A stretch of DNA of 63,889 bases, counting the filler, from Octopus bimaculoides (lineage: Eukaryota), in NCBI RefSeq assembly GCF_001194135.2. It is 8 parts of 6 records of this genome, joined end to end, with 100 filler letters (N's around TTAATTAATTAA, not from the genome) between each part and the next. Parts side by side here need not be neighbours in the genome. Positions count along the whole stretch, not along the records: positions 1 to 13,972 come from NC_068997.1; positions 14,073 to 34,952 come from NC_068982.1; 6 more parts are not named here. One strand, 5' to 3'. Position 1 is the first letter of the stretch, and each line of letters starts with the position of its first letter. The notes under the pieces were generated by a model that worked only from the letters and a program-made list of their open reading frames with translations, was not told where the DNA came from and made no database searches. Below are positions 11,842-24,549 of the stretch, one piece after another. Both the position numbers and the translations under genes were made by a program.

Positions 11842-12278
11842 AAACAGAAATATGTTACAGAAACAAAATAGAAACTGCACGTGGAAATGTAAGGGGAAAG
11901 TAGGAAGAAAGTTAAGCGAAAATGCACATTGGAAATCCCAAAAAGTAAAGGCTTTTTATGAAAAGTAACGATAGATATATACAATTAGATGAACTGAGGT
12001 AGGAATAAAGGTAAAAAAAAGTCATTATTGTGAATTGTTAAAGAGATTCAAAAGCATACCGGTTTTGTAATGTTTCTAACCATTGCTTTTGATTGCACAC
12101 TGAATACTGAACGGTCTCAGGTCTACTAGTCCCTGAGTAAAAAGATTATGTGTAAAGGAGGTAAGTAGTTCTGGATTTGGTGCAATTAGGGTAGATGTAG
12201 ATCTGTAATGTGAATGGTGTATAGGATGCATGGGGGTTAGTGGTATTAACTGAAAGGGTAGTAGTGTTCTGTATTATG

Positions 12279-13325
12279 TTATGTGTTCATGTTCAGTTGT
12301 GAAAGATATTTATTGATGAAAGTTGCCTCTTTATTCATTCTTTGTTGTATTGAAGTGTTCTGTGAACATTAATAGAAGGGAAAAAATTAATAAAATTAGG
12401 ATTAAGATTCATCGCACACCTTTCTATGTGTCCACTGACCTGTATCTGTCTGTATTGTGGGTGGCAGATTTGTTCTTTGTGGAGAGTGGTTCTTCTACGG
12501 AGTGATATTCCTGTTTGGCCAATATAATTATTACCACACCCTAAGCATGTAATGGCATAGATTAGATTTTCCGAGGCACAGGTGAAATTTGATTTAATTT
12601 TAAATATTTCACCTTGTTTAAAGNNNNNNNNNNNNNNNNNNNNNNNNNNNNNNNNNNNNNNNNNNNNNNNNNNNNNNNNNNNNNNNNNNNNNNNNNNNNN
12701 NNNNNNNNNNNNNNNNNNNNNNNNNNNNNNNNNNNNNNNNNNNNNNNNNNNNNNNNNNNNNNNNNNNNNNNNNNNNNNNNNNNNNNNNNNNNNNNNNNNN
12801 NNNNNNNNNNNNNNNNNNNNNNNNNNNNNNNNNNNNNNNNNNNNNNNNNNNNNNNNNNNNNNNNNNNNNNNNNNNNNNNNNNNNNNNNNNNNNNNNNNNN
12901 NNNNNNNNNNNNNNNNNNNNNNNNNNNNNNNNNNNNNNNNNNNNNNNNNNNNNNNTGGGGTGGCATGAGTTGAATAATAGGTATTGTTTAGAATCTGTGG
13001 GTTTATAGAAGATGTCTGTTTCTATGTGGTTATTGACTATTTTAATTAGGATGTCAAGAAAAGGGAGTTGTTTACTGCTGTGTTCCATGGTGAATTGTAT
13101 GTTGCTATTAATATAGTTAAGCATTATTTTGAAATCGAGGAGTTTGTCCATGCTGTCTTTCCAAAGTATAAAGCAATTGTCCAAATACCTCTTCCAGTTC
13201 TCCTTTAAATAACAATGAAAAGAGGTGCCATATTTTTGCAGTGATGATTGATATATTTTAAGCTCTAGGTAACCCATTACAAGGTTCACAATCACTGGAT
13301 CAGCTCGAGTTCCCATTGCAATTCC
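12279..13325 (-). mobile_element. Penelope-like retroelement: RT plus GIY-YIG endonuclease, gap in the middle
   Basis: RT GIAMGT..WKRYLDNCF..FTME..LPFLDI..TDIFYKPTD..SCHP (12956-13325); GIY-YIG FTCASENLIYAITCLGCGNNYIGQTG (12279-12623). Confidence 0.92.
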
Positions 13326-13861
13326 ACATATATACACATATATAGCAAGTATAGAAAGAATAGTATATAAGGTAACTGCTTTTATACGCACTAGAAGTTA
13401 CAAAGTAGAAGCGGGATTTATAAAGACCAGCCGAATGTAATAAAACTCGTAAGCGTTTTCCCTCAGTGGGAAAATCATGACAAGAGAGTGATATATTTGC
13501 AGAATTTAATTTTCAGAAGTGAAATTTAAACACACACACTCATATATGCTTATATGTATATATGTACACGTATGTATATATGTACACGTATGTATATATG
13601 TACACGTATGTATATATGTATGAATATATATATGTATATATTACATACACACAAACACACACACACACATGTGTATGATGATGTCACTTGCAAAACTAGT
13701 TGTGTTTCTTATATCTGACTTTATTATAAGTCACCACCTGAATAAGCGTATATCTACTATCAATATATTATCGAGTTTTTCTTTTTTGCCTTAAACTGTG
13801 GTTTTCTCAGTTTTTAAAACAAGTATCCACTCATATGAGTGTGTATATATAAATATATCCG

Positions 13862-13972
13862 CATGAGGTTGTGTGGTAAGAAGCTTGCTTCCCAATCACA
13901 TGGTTCCGAGTTCAGTCTCGCTGCGTGGCACCTTGGGTATGTGACTTTTATTGTAGCCTCGGGCCGGCTAAA
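13862..13972 (+). mobile_element. SINE family A, 5' half, ends at a gap
   Basis: gaggttgtgtggtaagaagcttgcttccc...ctgcgtggcaccttggg...gcctcgggccgg. Confidence 0.8.
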
Positions 13973-14016
13973 NNNNNNNNNNNNNNNNNNNNNNNNNNNN
14001 NNNNNNNNNNNNNNNN

Positions 14017-14028
14017 TTAATTAATTAA
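14017..14028. other. Assembly linker TTAATTAATTAA inside a 100-bp gap (also 34997, 42061, 52181, 55512, 58680, 60409)
   Basis: Seven identical 12-mers, each with 44 N on both sides; stop codons in all six frames. Confidence 0.95.
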
Positions 14029-14210
14029 NNNNNNNNNNNNNNNNNNNNNNNNNNNNNNNNNNNNNNNNNNNNTATATATATATATATTCTAGTTGTATAT
14101 ACGATCACAAGCGCCCTACTGAATATAGCACGAGTCTAGGCTCTACCTATTGTACTGCGCTTAATAGACTCCAGATCCATGCAAATGGCAGGTTCCGAGT
14201 AAGGTGAATA

Positions 14211-14725
14211 ATAAACAAAAAACAACAGATGGAAATTGGTTCATTCACCACAGCTGTTTGTAAAGAGGTTTTGCTGATGAATAGAGTTATTACATCATGC
14301 GAAAAAAACGTTTTCATCAGGTGACTATACAGGAATTAAACATTTTAATAAAAGCATTTCAATAATCAACATTATGTACGACTTCACGATTAACCAAAGA
14401 CTAATTCGCTTACCCTAGTTAGTAGTTTATACTGGAAAATCATTAGGGTGACAGGAACAGGGAGGGAGGTAGAGAATACAGATTAGGGGATGAGAATGAG
14501 ATACTCTGCTCTAATTACAAGAGATGAGGTTACTGTAGTCTATTTTTAATCTTTAAATAACTGGACGACAAAGTTCCAGTCAAAACGAACATTAGAAGAT
14601 AATGAGGGAGGTAAAAAGGATTTTTTTCGCATGATGCAATAACTCTATTCATCTATAAAAAAAAAACTCGTTTGAAACAGCTGTAGTGAATGAACCAATT
14701 TCCATCTGTTGTTATTTGTTTATAT
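14211..14725. repeat. Inverted repeat (about 100-bp arms, about 310-bp spacer) with hammerhead remnants
   Basis: 14211-14308 is the reverse complement of 14620-14725; CTGATGA intact on the left arm (minus), GAAAC-AGCT-GTA intact on the right arm. Confidence 0.85.
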
Positions 14726-15534
14726 NNNNNNNNNNNNNNNNNNNNNNNNNNNNNNNNNNNNNNNNNNNNNNNNNNNNNNNNNNNNNNNNNNNNNNNNNNN
14801 NNNNNNNNNNNNNNNNNNNNNNNNNNNNNNNNNNNNNNNNNNNNNNNNNNNNNNNNNNNNNNNNNNNNNNNNNNNNNNNNNNNNNNNNNNNNNNNNNNNN
14901 NNNNNNNNNNNNNNNNNNNNNNNNNNNNNNNNNNNNNNNNNNNNNNNNNNNNNNNNNNNNNNNNNNNNNNNNNNNNNNNNNNNNNNNNNNNNNNNNNNNN
15001 NNNNNNNNNNNNNNNNNNNNNNNNNNNNNNNNNNNNNNNNNNNNNNNNNNNNNNNNNNNNNNNNNNNNNNNNNNNNNNNNNNNNNNNNNNNNNNNNNNNN
15101 NNNNNNNNNNNNNNNNNNNNNNNNNNNNNNNNNNNNNNNNNNNNNNNNNNNNNNNNNNNNNNNNNNNNNNNNNNNNNNNNNNNNNNNNNNNNNNNNNNNN
15201 NNNNNNNNNNNNNNNNNNNNNNNNNNNNNNNNNNNNNNNNNNNNNNNNNNNNNNNNNNNNNNNNNNNNNNNNNNNNNNNNNNNNNNNNNNNNNNNNNNNN
15301 NNNNNNNNNNNNNNNNNNNNNNNNNNNNNNNNNNNNNNNNNNNNNNNNNNNNNNNNNNNNNNNNNNNNNNNNNNNNNNNNNNNNNNNNNNNNNNNNNNNN
15401 NNNNNNNNNNNNNNNNNNNNNNNNNNNNNNNNNNNNNNNNNNNNNNNNNNNNNNNNNNNNNNNNNNNNNNNNNNNNNATATTATACCATTATACTTAAAT
15501 CAAAAGGATCAAATGTAATTCGTAAGGCATAAAC

Positions 15535-15744
15535 TCATAAGGTTGGTTTCCCGAATTCTATGGCGCATTTATTTCACTGCAGGGAGGTACGTTGGTGTGT
15601 CGCAGGATTACTCAGTTTTCCTAGTTGAGTGGACATTGGCAACGTGAAATGAAGCGTTTGGCCATGAACACAACGCCCGGTCCAAGAATCGAAACCGCAA
15701 TCATACGAGTGCTACACTCTAACCACTAGGTCACACGTTTCCAC
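15535..15744 (-). mobile_element. tRNA-head SINE (family D), decayed
   Basis: Reverse strand gtggaaacgtgtgacctagtggttagag...ggtttcgattcttggaccgggcgttgtg...ttcatttcacgttg; similar to 59504. Confidence 0.7.
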
Positions 15745-15922
15745 AGTATTATGCAAACACACACACACATGCAAAAAAAATACAAATACACACACACACA
15801 TATACAATGAAATACAGATAGATAGATAGATAGATAGATAGATATTGACGTAGTATATATAAATATTTGTGTATGTTCGTGTGTGTGTATGTGTGTGTCT
15901 GTGCGTGCGTGTGTCTGTGTGC

Positions 15923-15957
<35 letters not shown>

Positions 15958-16428
15958 TATGTGTATTATGTGTGTGTACGTGCGTAGGTATGCATGTATG
16001 TGTATTTGTACATGTATCCCTGTGTGTCTTTTGTATATTTTGTCAGACGGAGAATTTTTTTTCCCAGAGATGTGGGGGTATGCAGAAAGTATAACTTTAC
16101 TCTAATATTAAATGTTGCAAGGATTGGCATGTTAATATGACCCACATACCCACATATATACACATATACCTACATACATACATATTTTACATACCTACCT
16201 ATTAATATAAGAACCACCCACAAGCGGGTCACGAATATACTAACCAAAGCGATATTCCACATTCATAAAACATTTAGAGAGAAGCTTCCTCAGCCCTCTC
16301 TCAAACCGTTTCCTCCCTCTACCCTCTGTTTTCCTCTTTCTCTCTCTCTTTCTCTTTCTTTCTCCCTCTCTTTCGCTCTTTCTCTCTCTTCCACTGCCTC
16401 ACATACACACATTCACAAACACGCATGT

Positions 16429-16487
<59 letters not shown>

Positions 16488-17564
16488 TTAAATGCATATG
16501 CACAAAATGCGTATGTATATATACATGTACACACACACACACACAAATATATAAGAATATATATATGTATGTATGTAAGTATGTTTGTGTATATATATAT
16601 ATATATGTATATATACATACTTATATGTACGTATACATATATGTAAGTATGTATGTCTATACATGTATATATATTTAAGTTCATTTGAATATATATATAT
16701 ATATATANNNNNNNNNNNNNNNNNNNNNNNNNNNNNNNNNNNNNNNNNNNNNNNNNNNNNNNNNNNNNNNNNNNNNNNNNNNNNNNNNNNNNNNNNNNNN
16801 NNNNNNNNNNNNNNNNNNNNNNNNNNNNNNNNNNNNNNNNNNNNNNNNNNNNNNNNNNNNNNNNNNNNNNNNNNNNNNNNNNNNNNNNNNNNNNNNNNNN
16901 NNNNNNNNNNNNNNNNNNNNNNNNNTGTAGATATATATATACATATATATATATATAATTGTATATATATATCAATATATAGACATTCATAAGGCGTTAT
17001 ATGTGTGTCTATACACACACTTACACACAAACACACACATATATACATATATGGTAGATAAAGGTATACACGCACACACACACACACATATATGTCGTTT
17101 TTAGAGTTCTCATCTTATCCCTGCTCATTTTACGCGTATATTAGTGCATCATTGTATTAATACATGCACACATATTTGCGAATATATTTATGCATACATA
17201 CATACATATACAAATATGTGTGCATGTGTGCGCGCGTCTGTTTATATGCAAATGTATACATATCTCTTGCTTTCACACAAAAATACACACATAGTCATAC
17301 ATAGAATTCCCCTACTCTCATTTTTCGCTCCATTCTTGTTCTCGTTTGAATTCTGTTTCACCCTCTTCCATTAGCGCATGTGAATGTATAAGTGTGAGCG
17401 NNNNNNNNNNCACACACACACACACACGTGTATATACATATTTATACGTGAACATGCATATGGTTTCACTATTTTCTTACTCTTTATTCCTGTTTGTTTA
17501 GAAACTCATTTGATAATAAAAATATTCTTTGAAATATCCCAGGCCATTCATATGGTTATGTGCA

Positions 17565-17624
<60 letters not shown>

Positions 17625-17801
17625 TATATATTTATATATATACATATATCTCTGTGTATCTATGTACGTATAATACATATACACATGTGGGTGTGTACAT
17701 GCGTAGTTTATATTACGTGTGTACATATACAAACACACACATGTATGTATATATATATATATATATGCATATATATATATAGGTGTATATATGTGTGTGT
17801 G

Positions 17802-17862
<61 letters not shown>

Positions 17863-17863
17863 T

Positions 17864-18100
17864 GAAGGCGGCGAGCTGGCAGAAACGTTAGCACGCCAGG
17901 CGAAATGCTTAGCCGTATTTCGTCTGCCGCTACGTTCTGAGTTCAAATTCCACCAAGGTCGACTTTGCCTGTCATCCTTTCGGAGTCGATTAAATAAGTA
18001 CCAATTACACACTGGGGTCGATATAATCGACTTAATCCGTTTGTCTGTCCTTGTTTGTCCCCTCTGTGTGTAGCCCCTTGTGGGCAGTAAAGAAATAAGA
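17864..18100 (+). mobile_element. SINE family B with alternative 3' end, embedded in (GATA)n
   Basis: gaaggcggcgagctggcagaaacgttagc...gagttcaaattc...tagccccttgtgggcagtaaagaaataaga; (GATA)n on both sides. Confidence 0.9.
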
Positions 18101-18105
18101 TAGAG

Positions 18106-18164
<59 letters not shown>

Positions 18165-18513
18165 ATGGTTTTATATCCGGGTATACACCTTGCAGTATGC
18201 CGTTTAAAGCCCGTTCACTGTATTCGGCTACTTGATGACATCAACAGCACGGGGGTATATACCACTGGATTAATTTCGGGAATTTCTTTGTGTCTGTAGA
18301 GTTTATAAAATGTACTCGTGTAGAGATTAATACACTACGACTACCACAATCTAATAGAAATCAGCGAAACAAAGACTAAAACTCAAGGTACCTTGCACCT
18401 TCGACACACAACAACTGTTTGTACAGTACCTCAACCGCGAGGAACCGGTGCTCGATGTGCAAAAACGATCGTAGTAAAGAATTAAGAATCTCTTGTATTT
18501 CATTTTCTTTCTC

Positions 18514-18905
18514 GAGGTTGTGGCTGTGCGGTAAGAAGCTTGCTTCCCGATCGCAAGGTTCCGGGTTCAGTCCCACTGCATGGCATCTTGGCCTCGAACC
18601 AACCAAAGCCTTGTGAGTGGATTTGGTAGACAGAAACAGAAAGACCGTCGTATGTGTATATATGTGTATATTTATGTGTGCATGCCTTTGTGTCTGTTTG
18701 TTCCCCCACTACCACCACAGCTTAACGACCGATGTTGATTTGTTTACGTCCAGTAATCTAGCGATTCGGCATAAGAGACCGATAGAATAAGTACTAGGCT
18801 TACAAAGAATGAATCCTGGAGTTGATTTCTTCCACTAAAACCCTTAAGGCGGTGCTCCAGCATGGTCGCAGTCAAATGGTTAAAACAAGTAAAAGAATAA
18901 AAGAA
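18514..18905 (+). mobile_element. SINE family A, full length
   Basis: Both halves joined by a short TA/TG tract; ends gaaacaagtaaaagaataaaaga. Confidence 0.88.
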
Positions 18906-18935
18906 AAATGTATACATACATACATACATATACAT

Positions 18936-19012
<77 letters not shown>

Positions 19013-20145
19013 TGTATATGATATATGTATATGTATATGTATATATATATGATATATGTATATGTATATGATATATGCATATGGTAAATGAAAGACGGAA
19101 GATGGTATATACGAGAATTTATTAATCACAACAATTGTTCCGACACATCTAACATCGATCCTTCATAGGTGGCACACTCAACAACTGGTTCAGGAGCATC
19201 CGGCGGTGCAGATGTATCTCGTCAGGTGATAAATAGATACAACTCGTTAAAATAGCAGTTCCGCAATGTATGTATGTATGTATGTATGTATGTATGTATG
19301 TATGTATGTGTATGTGAGTATGTGTGTTTGTATGTATGTACGTATGTATGTATGTATGTATGTATGTATGTATGTACGTATATATATATATGTGTGTGTG
19401 CATGTATGTATGTATACGTATTTATTTATGCACACGCAAAACTGTAAACTTGAGAAAGTGAGTACACTCAAATCTCAAATGCCTGATTAAATATATCTTA
19501 CGTGTGTGGCTGTCTGCGTGTCCGAGTGTTGCGGTGTGATGTGTATAAAAGTGCGTGTGAATATATATTTTTATATACGTATATATACACACATATACGC
19601 ACTCATATATGGAATGAAAATGAGCTAAGAGAAATTACTGTGAGTGACTAGTAGCATGTATCTGTATAACAATCGCAAATAAGTGTGCTGTAAATACCAC
19701 ACAACATAAATCCTCGAGTCATTGAAATTATCTCCGCTTCCAGAGAAGGTAGAACAATCGCTTCGTAGCAGTTAGGACCAACTCTAATCGCACAGGGGAG
19801 ATCATTTCATGAATCAAGAATTCTCTAAAAGTGAGATGCCATTATAGAAAATGACAATCTGATTATCCATCGACAAGAGAAGGGCTGTGGATCCGTGATT
19901 CTGCTTCCCAGCAAATGAGACACGTAAGGATATCCAAAATTAGGGAATGGAGTAGATAGAATCCAGGTTACGTATGTTTCATAGCTAGTAGAACTTCAGA
20001 AGTAGTAATTATCCAAACGAGTGGGTAATTCGCTAGCTACTCGCGGAGCCAAGGATACCTTAATCAAATGAAATTTCGGAAGTCCTCCATTGTCGTCAAG
20101 GGATCCCTTACTAACTTGCTACACCCTGATCCTTTGATCTTACCG

Positions 20146-20248
<103 letters not shown>

Positions 20249-21377
20249 TGTACATATATATACATGCATATATATGTTCTTTCATTCTTTTACTTGCTTC
20301 AGTCATTAGACTGCGTCCATACTGAGGTACAACCTTAAAGAATTTTAGGAGCATCAAAGGAAGCGCTCTTACAGTGTGAGTTCTTCCTTTGAACGCACCT
20401 TTCATACGTGTTTCACTGCCACTCTAATGTTTAAGACTACAAATATTGCGTAAATTTTCACTCTGAGCTTTTGTGTGAATTGACGTTGAAAGCAGAGTTG
20501 GTACAGAAACAATTGTAACTGATCATTAAAGATGTGTTAAAGTGTTTCCTTGTCTTCTTATTCGGATTATATTTTAGTCTTCACTAAACCCACACAATGG
20601 TTTTATGGTCGTGGAACCAAGAGTTTCTATACCTGAAAAATTTCGATATTTATCTGGAATCTAATCCGACAGTTTAGAAAGCCTAAATACCCTATTTTTC
20701 TCTTTCCAGGGGCTTATAATATATATATATATATATATANNNNNNNNNNNNNNNNNNNNNNNNNNNNNNNNNNNNNNNNNNNNNNNNNNNNNNNNNNNNN
20801 NNNNNNNNNNNNNNNNNNNNNNNNNNNNNNNNNNNNNNNNNNNNNNNNNNNNNNNNNNNNNNNNNNNNNNNNNNNNNNNNNNNNNNNNNNNNNNNNNNNN
20901 NNNNNNNNNNNNNNNNNNNNNNNNNNNNNNNNNNNNNNNNNNNNNNNNNNNNNNNNNNNNNNNNNNNNNNNNNNNNNNNNNNNNNNNNNNNNNNNNNNNN
21001 NNNNNNNNNNNNNNNNNNNNNNNNNNNNNNNNNNNNNNNNNNNNNNNNNNNNNNNNNNNNNNNNNNNNNNNNNNNNNNNNNNNNNNNNNNNNNNNNNNNN
21101 NNNNNNNNNNNNNNNNNNNNNNNNNNNNNNNNNNNNNNNNNNNNNNNNNNNNNNNNNNNNNNNNNNNNNNNNNNNNNNNNNNNNNNNNNNNNNNNNNNNN
21201 NNNNNNNNNNNNNNNNNNNNNNNNNNNNNNNNNNNNNNNNNNNNNNNNNNNNNNNNNNNNNNNNNNNNNNNNNNNNNNNNNNNNNNNNNNNNNNNNNNNN
21301 NNNNNNNNNNNNNNNNNNNNNNNNNNNNNNNNNNNNNNNNNNNNNNNNNNNNNNNNNNNNNNNNNNNNNNNNNNNNN

Positions 21378-21404
21378 GTAGGCTCGAAACGTAAAAGACT
21401 TTCC
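21378..21404 (+). ncRNA. 3' half of a hammerhead motif (GCTC-GAAAC-GTA-AAAGAC); 5' half lies in the gap
   Basis: Matches the CUGUUGA family sequence; fused to SINE A through tttccgt. Confidence 0.55.
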
Positions 21405-21604
21405 GTCTGTCAAATCCACTTACAAGCCTTTAGTTGGCCTGATGCTGAAAGTAATTCTCTACAACAACCAGTGCGATACATAGTTCAACTGACCACGGCC
21501 GGCTGACAGTATGAACGTTTGGGCAGAGTACCACCTGTCCTAGAATCTCTCTACCGTGGTAGCCAACAGGGAGTACTATTATTACTTAAACATTTTCTCG
21601 CACC

Positions 21605-21652
21605 GTCTCTGATGAAGGGATATAAAAAATATCCCAGAAACAGCTGTAAGAC
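21605..21652 (+). ncRNA. Minimal type I hammerhead ribozyme, canonical CUGAUGA core
   Basis: GTCT-CTGATGA-A-GGGATAT-aaaaa-ATATCCC-A-GAAAC-AGCT-GTA-AGAC; stems I, II and III all form and the stem III loop is palindromic. Confidence 0.8.
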
Positions 21653-21924
21653 CTTCTCTTTATAAATGTTCTGAAAACTATTCACAGCCTTGAATTTTTT
21701 ATCTCATTCTGTTAATTATTATATGTATACATATATATATATAAATTATATATTGTTTCCGCAACATTTTACTAACGCATTCTTAGATCATATCACTACA
21801 AAAACCCGCCATTATCTGGTAAACTTTAAACAAATAAACAGGTAAAGTTAAAACCGAAGATTACTCGTTTGCCAACTACCATAATGAACTGTTACAGAGA
21901 ATCCTAAAAACGGTTCTGTACAAC

Positions 21925-22075
21925 CGGTTTCTTTCAGTTTCTGCCTACCAAGTCCACTCACAAGGCTTTGATCGGCCTGGGGCTAGAGTAGAGGACATTA
22001 GCCCGAGTTATCACGGTGAGAGACTCAGTCCAGAAACATGTGGTTGGAAGCAAGCATCTTACCATGTAGTCATGC
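21925..22075 (-). mobile_element. SINE family A, 5' half
   Basis: tttctttcagtttctgcctaccaagtccactcacaaggctttg...aagcaagcatcttacc. Confidence 0.8.
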
Positions 22076-22516
22076 CTCGTACGGCGATGGACGACTGGAA
22101 ACTGAATTGATATTGTTGTAGAAACGTTTTATCATCTAATATGATACTGTCTGCGTCAAGATTCGAACCATCCTCATCTCTTCGATTGGTTCATCAAATA
22201 CCTTCTTGACTTAGACAACAGCCAAAGAAGGGATACTTTCAACAAATTAAGTAGATAGTATGTTATACGATACCTCGACATGCTAGAAATCGCAGCCAAA
22301 TCCCAGACCTATTCCGCTCAAATCGCATCGTTTTAGAATGAAAAGAATGATAATGTAACATGTATATCATGATTAATATAGACCTGGATACATTATATCT
22401 TAAAATAATCGGGTGGTTGCACGTTGAATATTCATCTTCACATACACAACTTCGCCAATGCATATGAACACAAACACACACGCACACAGATACATGGAAA
22501 CATGAATACATGAATA

Positions 22517-22675
22517 GGAGTGGCTGTGTGGTAAGTAGCTTGCTTACCAACCACATGGTCCCGGGTTCAGTCCCACTGCGTGGCATCTTGGGCAAGTGTC
22601 TTCTACTATAGCCTCGGGCCGACCAAAGCCTTGTGAGTGGATTTGGTAGACGGAAACTGAAAGAAGCCCGTCGTA

Positions 22676-22756
<81 letters not shown>

Positions 22757-22969
22757 GTTTGTGTGTCTGTGTTTGTCCCCCCAACATCGCTTGACAACCG
22801 ATGCTGGTGTGTTTATGTCCCCGTAACTTAGCGGTTCGGCAAAAGAGACCGATAGAATAAGTACTAGGCTTCTAAAGAATAAGTCCTGGGGTCGATTTGC
22901 TCGACTAAAGGCGGTGCTCCAGCATGGCCGCAGTTAAAAGACTGAAACAAGTAAAAGAGTAAAAGAGTA
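22517..22969 (+). mobile_element. SINE family A, full-length young copy with internal (TA)n
   Basis: A-box-like tggctgtgtggt, B-box-like gggttcagtccc, cttgggcaagt motif reminiscent of CORE-type SINEs, internal (TA)n, tail (gtaaaaga)2. Confidence 0.92.
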
Positions 22970-23092
22970 AATACATGAGTGGTTGTATGTATGTGTATAC
23001 ACACACACACACACACATATATGTACATTCATAAATCTTTTAATGCATTGAGCGCACTTGAAAATGTTTAACATAAACGAACTTAAAGCATA

Positions 23093-23148
<56 letters not shown>

Positions 23149-23199
23149 GTATGTATGTATATACGTATATATATATTTGCATACGTGTATATATGTGTG

Positions 23200-23249
<50 letters not shown>

Positions 23250-23765
23250 TATATTACAGATACACGCACACATGTGTATCGTTATTTAAGTATGTGTGTA
23301 TATGTGCCTGAACATGTGTAAGTATAAACGTATGTGCGTACGATGATATATATTGTGAGTGAGAGCGTGGTTGTACGAGTGTGTGTGCGTAAACTTGTGT
23401 GTATGCATGAGTGGGTGTATATTTTTGTGCCCCTCCAGAGAACAGAGCTGTGATGCATAAACCATCTGTTATATAGGTATCTTTAAGTATAAAATTATTT
23501 TCATGACAAACCGCAGAGTTATTCAAGACATGCGGCTTCTTAAAGAATACTGGCCAGGTTAAAAACTAGCACACTCGGTCAATCCCGTTAACCCGTTAGT
23601 CTTTGAGAAAATGTGTGGAAAATGGGTGTGAAAAGTTAACGAGGAACAAACAGAGAAATGTACAACACCCCCGTCAAAAATTTAAAAAATAGAAAAGCGA
23701 AAACAGAACAAACAAATTCATAAAATAAAGTGAAAAAGGAAATATATATACATACATATATATAT

Positions 23766-23809
<44 letters not shown>

Positions 23810-24304
23810 GAACGAAAAATACTTCCTGACAAAAAGTAACAAGCATTTTTTCATTACATATATAAAGGANNNNNNNNNNNNNNNNNNNNNNNNNNNNNNN
23901 NNNNNNNNNNNNNNNNNNNNNNNNNNNNNNNNNNNNNNNNNNNNNNNNNNNNNNNNNNNNNNNNNNNNNNNNNNNNNNNNNNNNNNNNNNNNNNNNNNNN
24001 NNNNNNNNNNNNNNNNNNNNNNNNNNNNNNNNNNNNNNNNNNNNNNNNNNNNNNNNNNNNNNNNNNNNNNNNNNNNNNNNNNNNNNNNNNNNNNNNNNNN
24101 NNNNNNNNNNNNNNNNNNNNNNNNNNNNNNNNNNNNNNNNNNNNNNNNNNNNNNNNNNNNNNNNNNNNNNNNNNNNNNNNNNNNNNNNNNNNNNNNNNNN
24201 NNNNNNNNNNNNNNNNNNNNNNNNNNNNNNNNNNNNNNNNNNNNNNNNNNNNNNNNNNNNNNNNNNNNNNNNNNNNNNNNNNNNNNNNNNNNNNNNNNNN
24301 NNNN

Positions 24305-24317
24305 GCTACTGCTGCTG

Positions 24318-24385
<68 letters not shown>

Positions 24386-24420
24386 GCTATTGTTGTTGCT
24401 GTTCTTGTTGTTGTTGTTGT
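24305..24420 (+). repeat. (CTA)n/(GTT)n microsatellite
   Basis: Direct inspection. Confidence 0.95.
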
Positions 24421-24549
24421 TTAGCCCAGATCAGCCCTGATCCAAGTACAAATGTGATCAAAGGCAATCAAGTCGTGACCATCATCTCTCTTTTTATGTG
24501 TGTGTAGCATAATGCAAGAGGGGGGGGGGTGTCACTGCAAGGCCCCCTA

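Noticed and set aside
14017-14028. Recurrent TTAATTAATTAA palindrome (7 copies)
   Set aside because: Always centred in exactly 44 N + 12 + 44 N; a scaffolding linker, not biology.
19744-19922. Segment bounded by good acceptor and donor on the plus strand
   Set aside because: All three frames contain stops; no other support.
20500-20525. cagaaac-aatt-gta motif
   Set aside because: No CUGANGA upstream; at most a remnant.
23519-23559. 41-nt micro-exon candidate (LFKTCGFLKNTGQ or VIQDMRLLKEYWP)
   Set aside because: Weak polypyrimidine tract and donor; too short to distinguish from chance.
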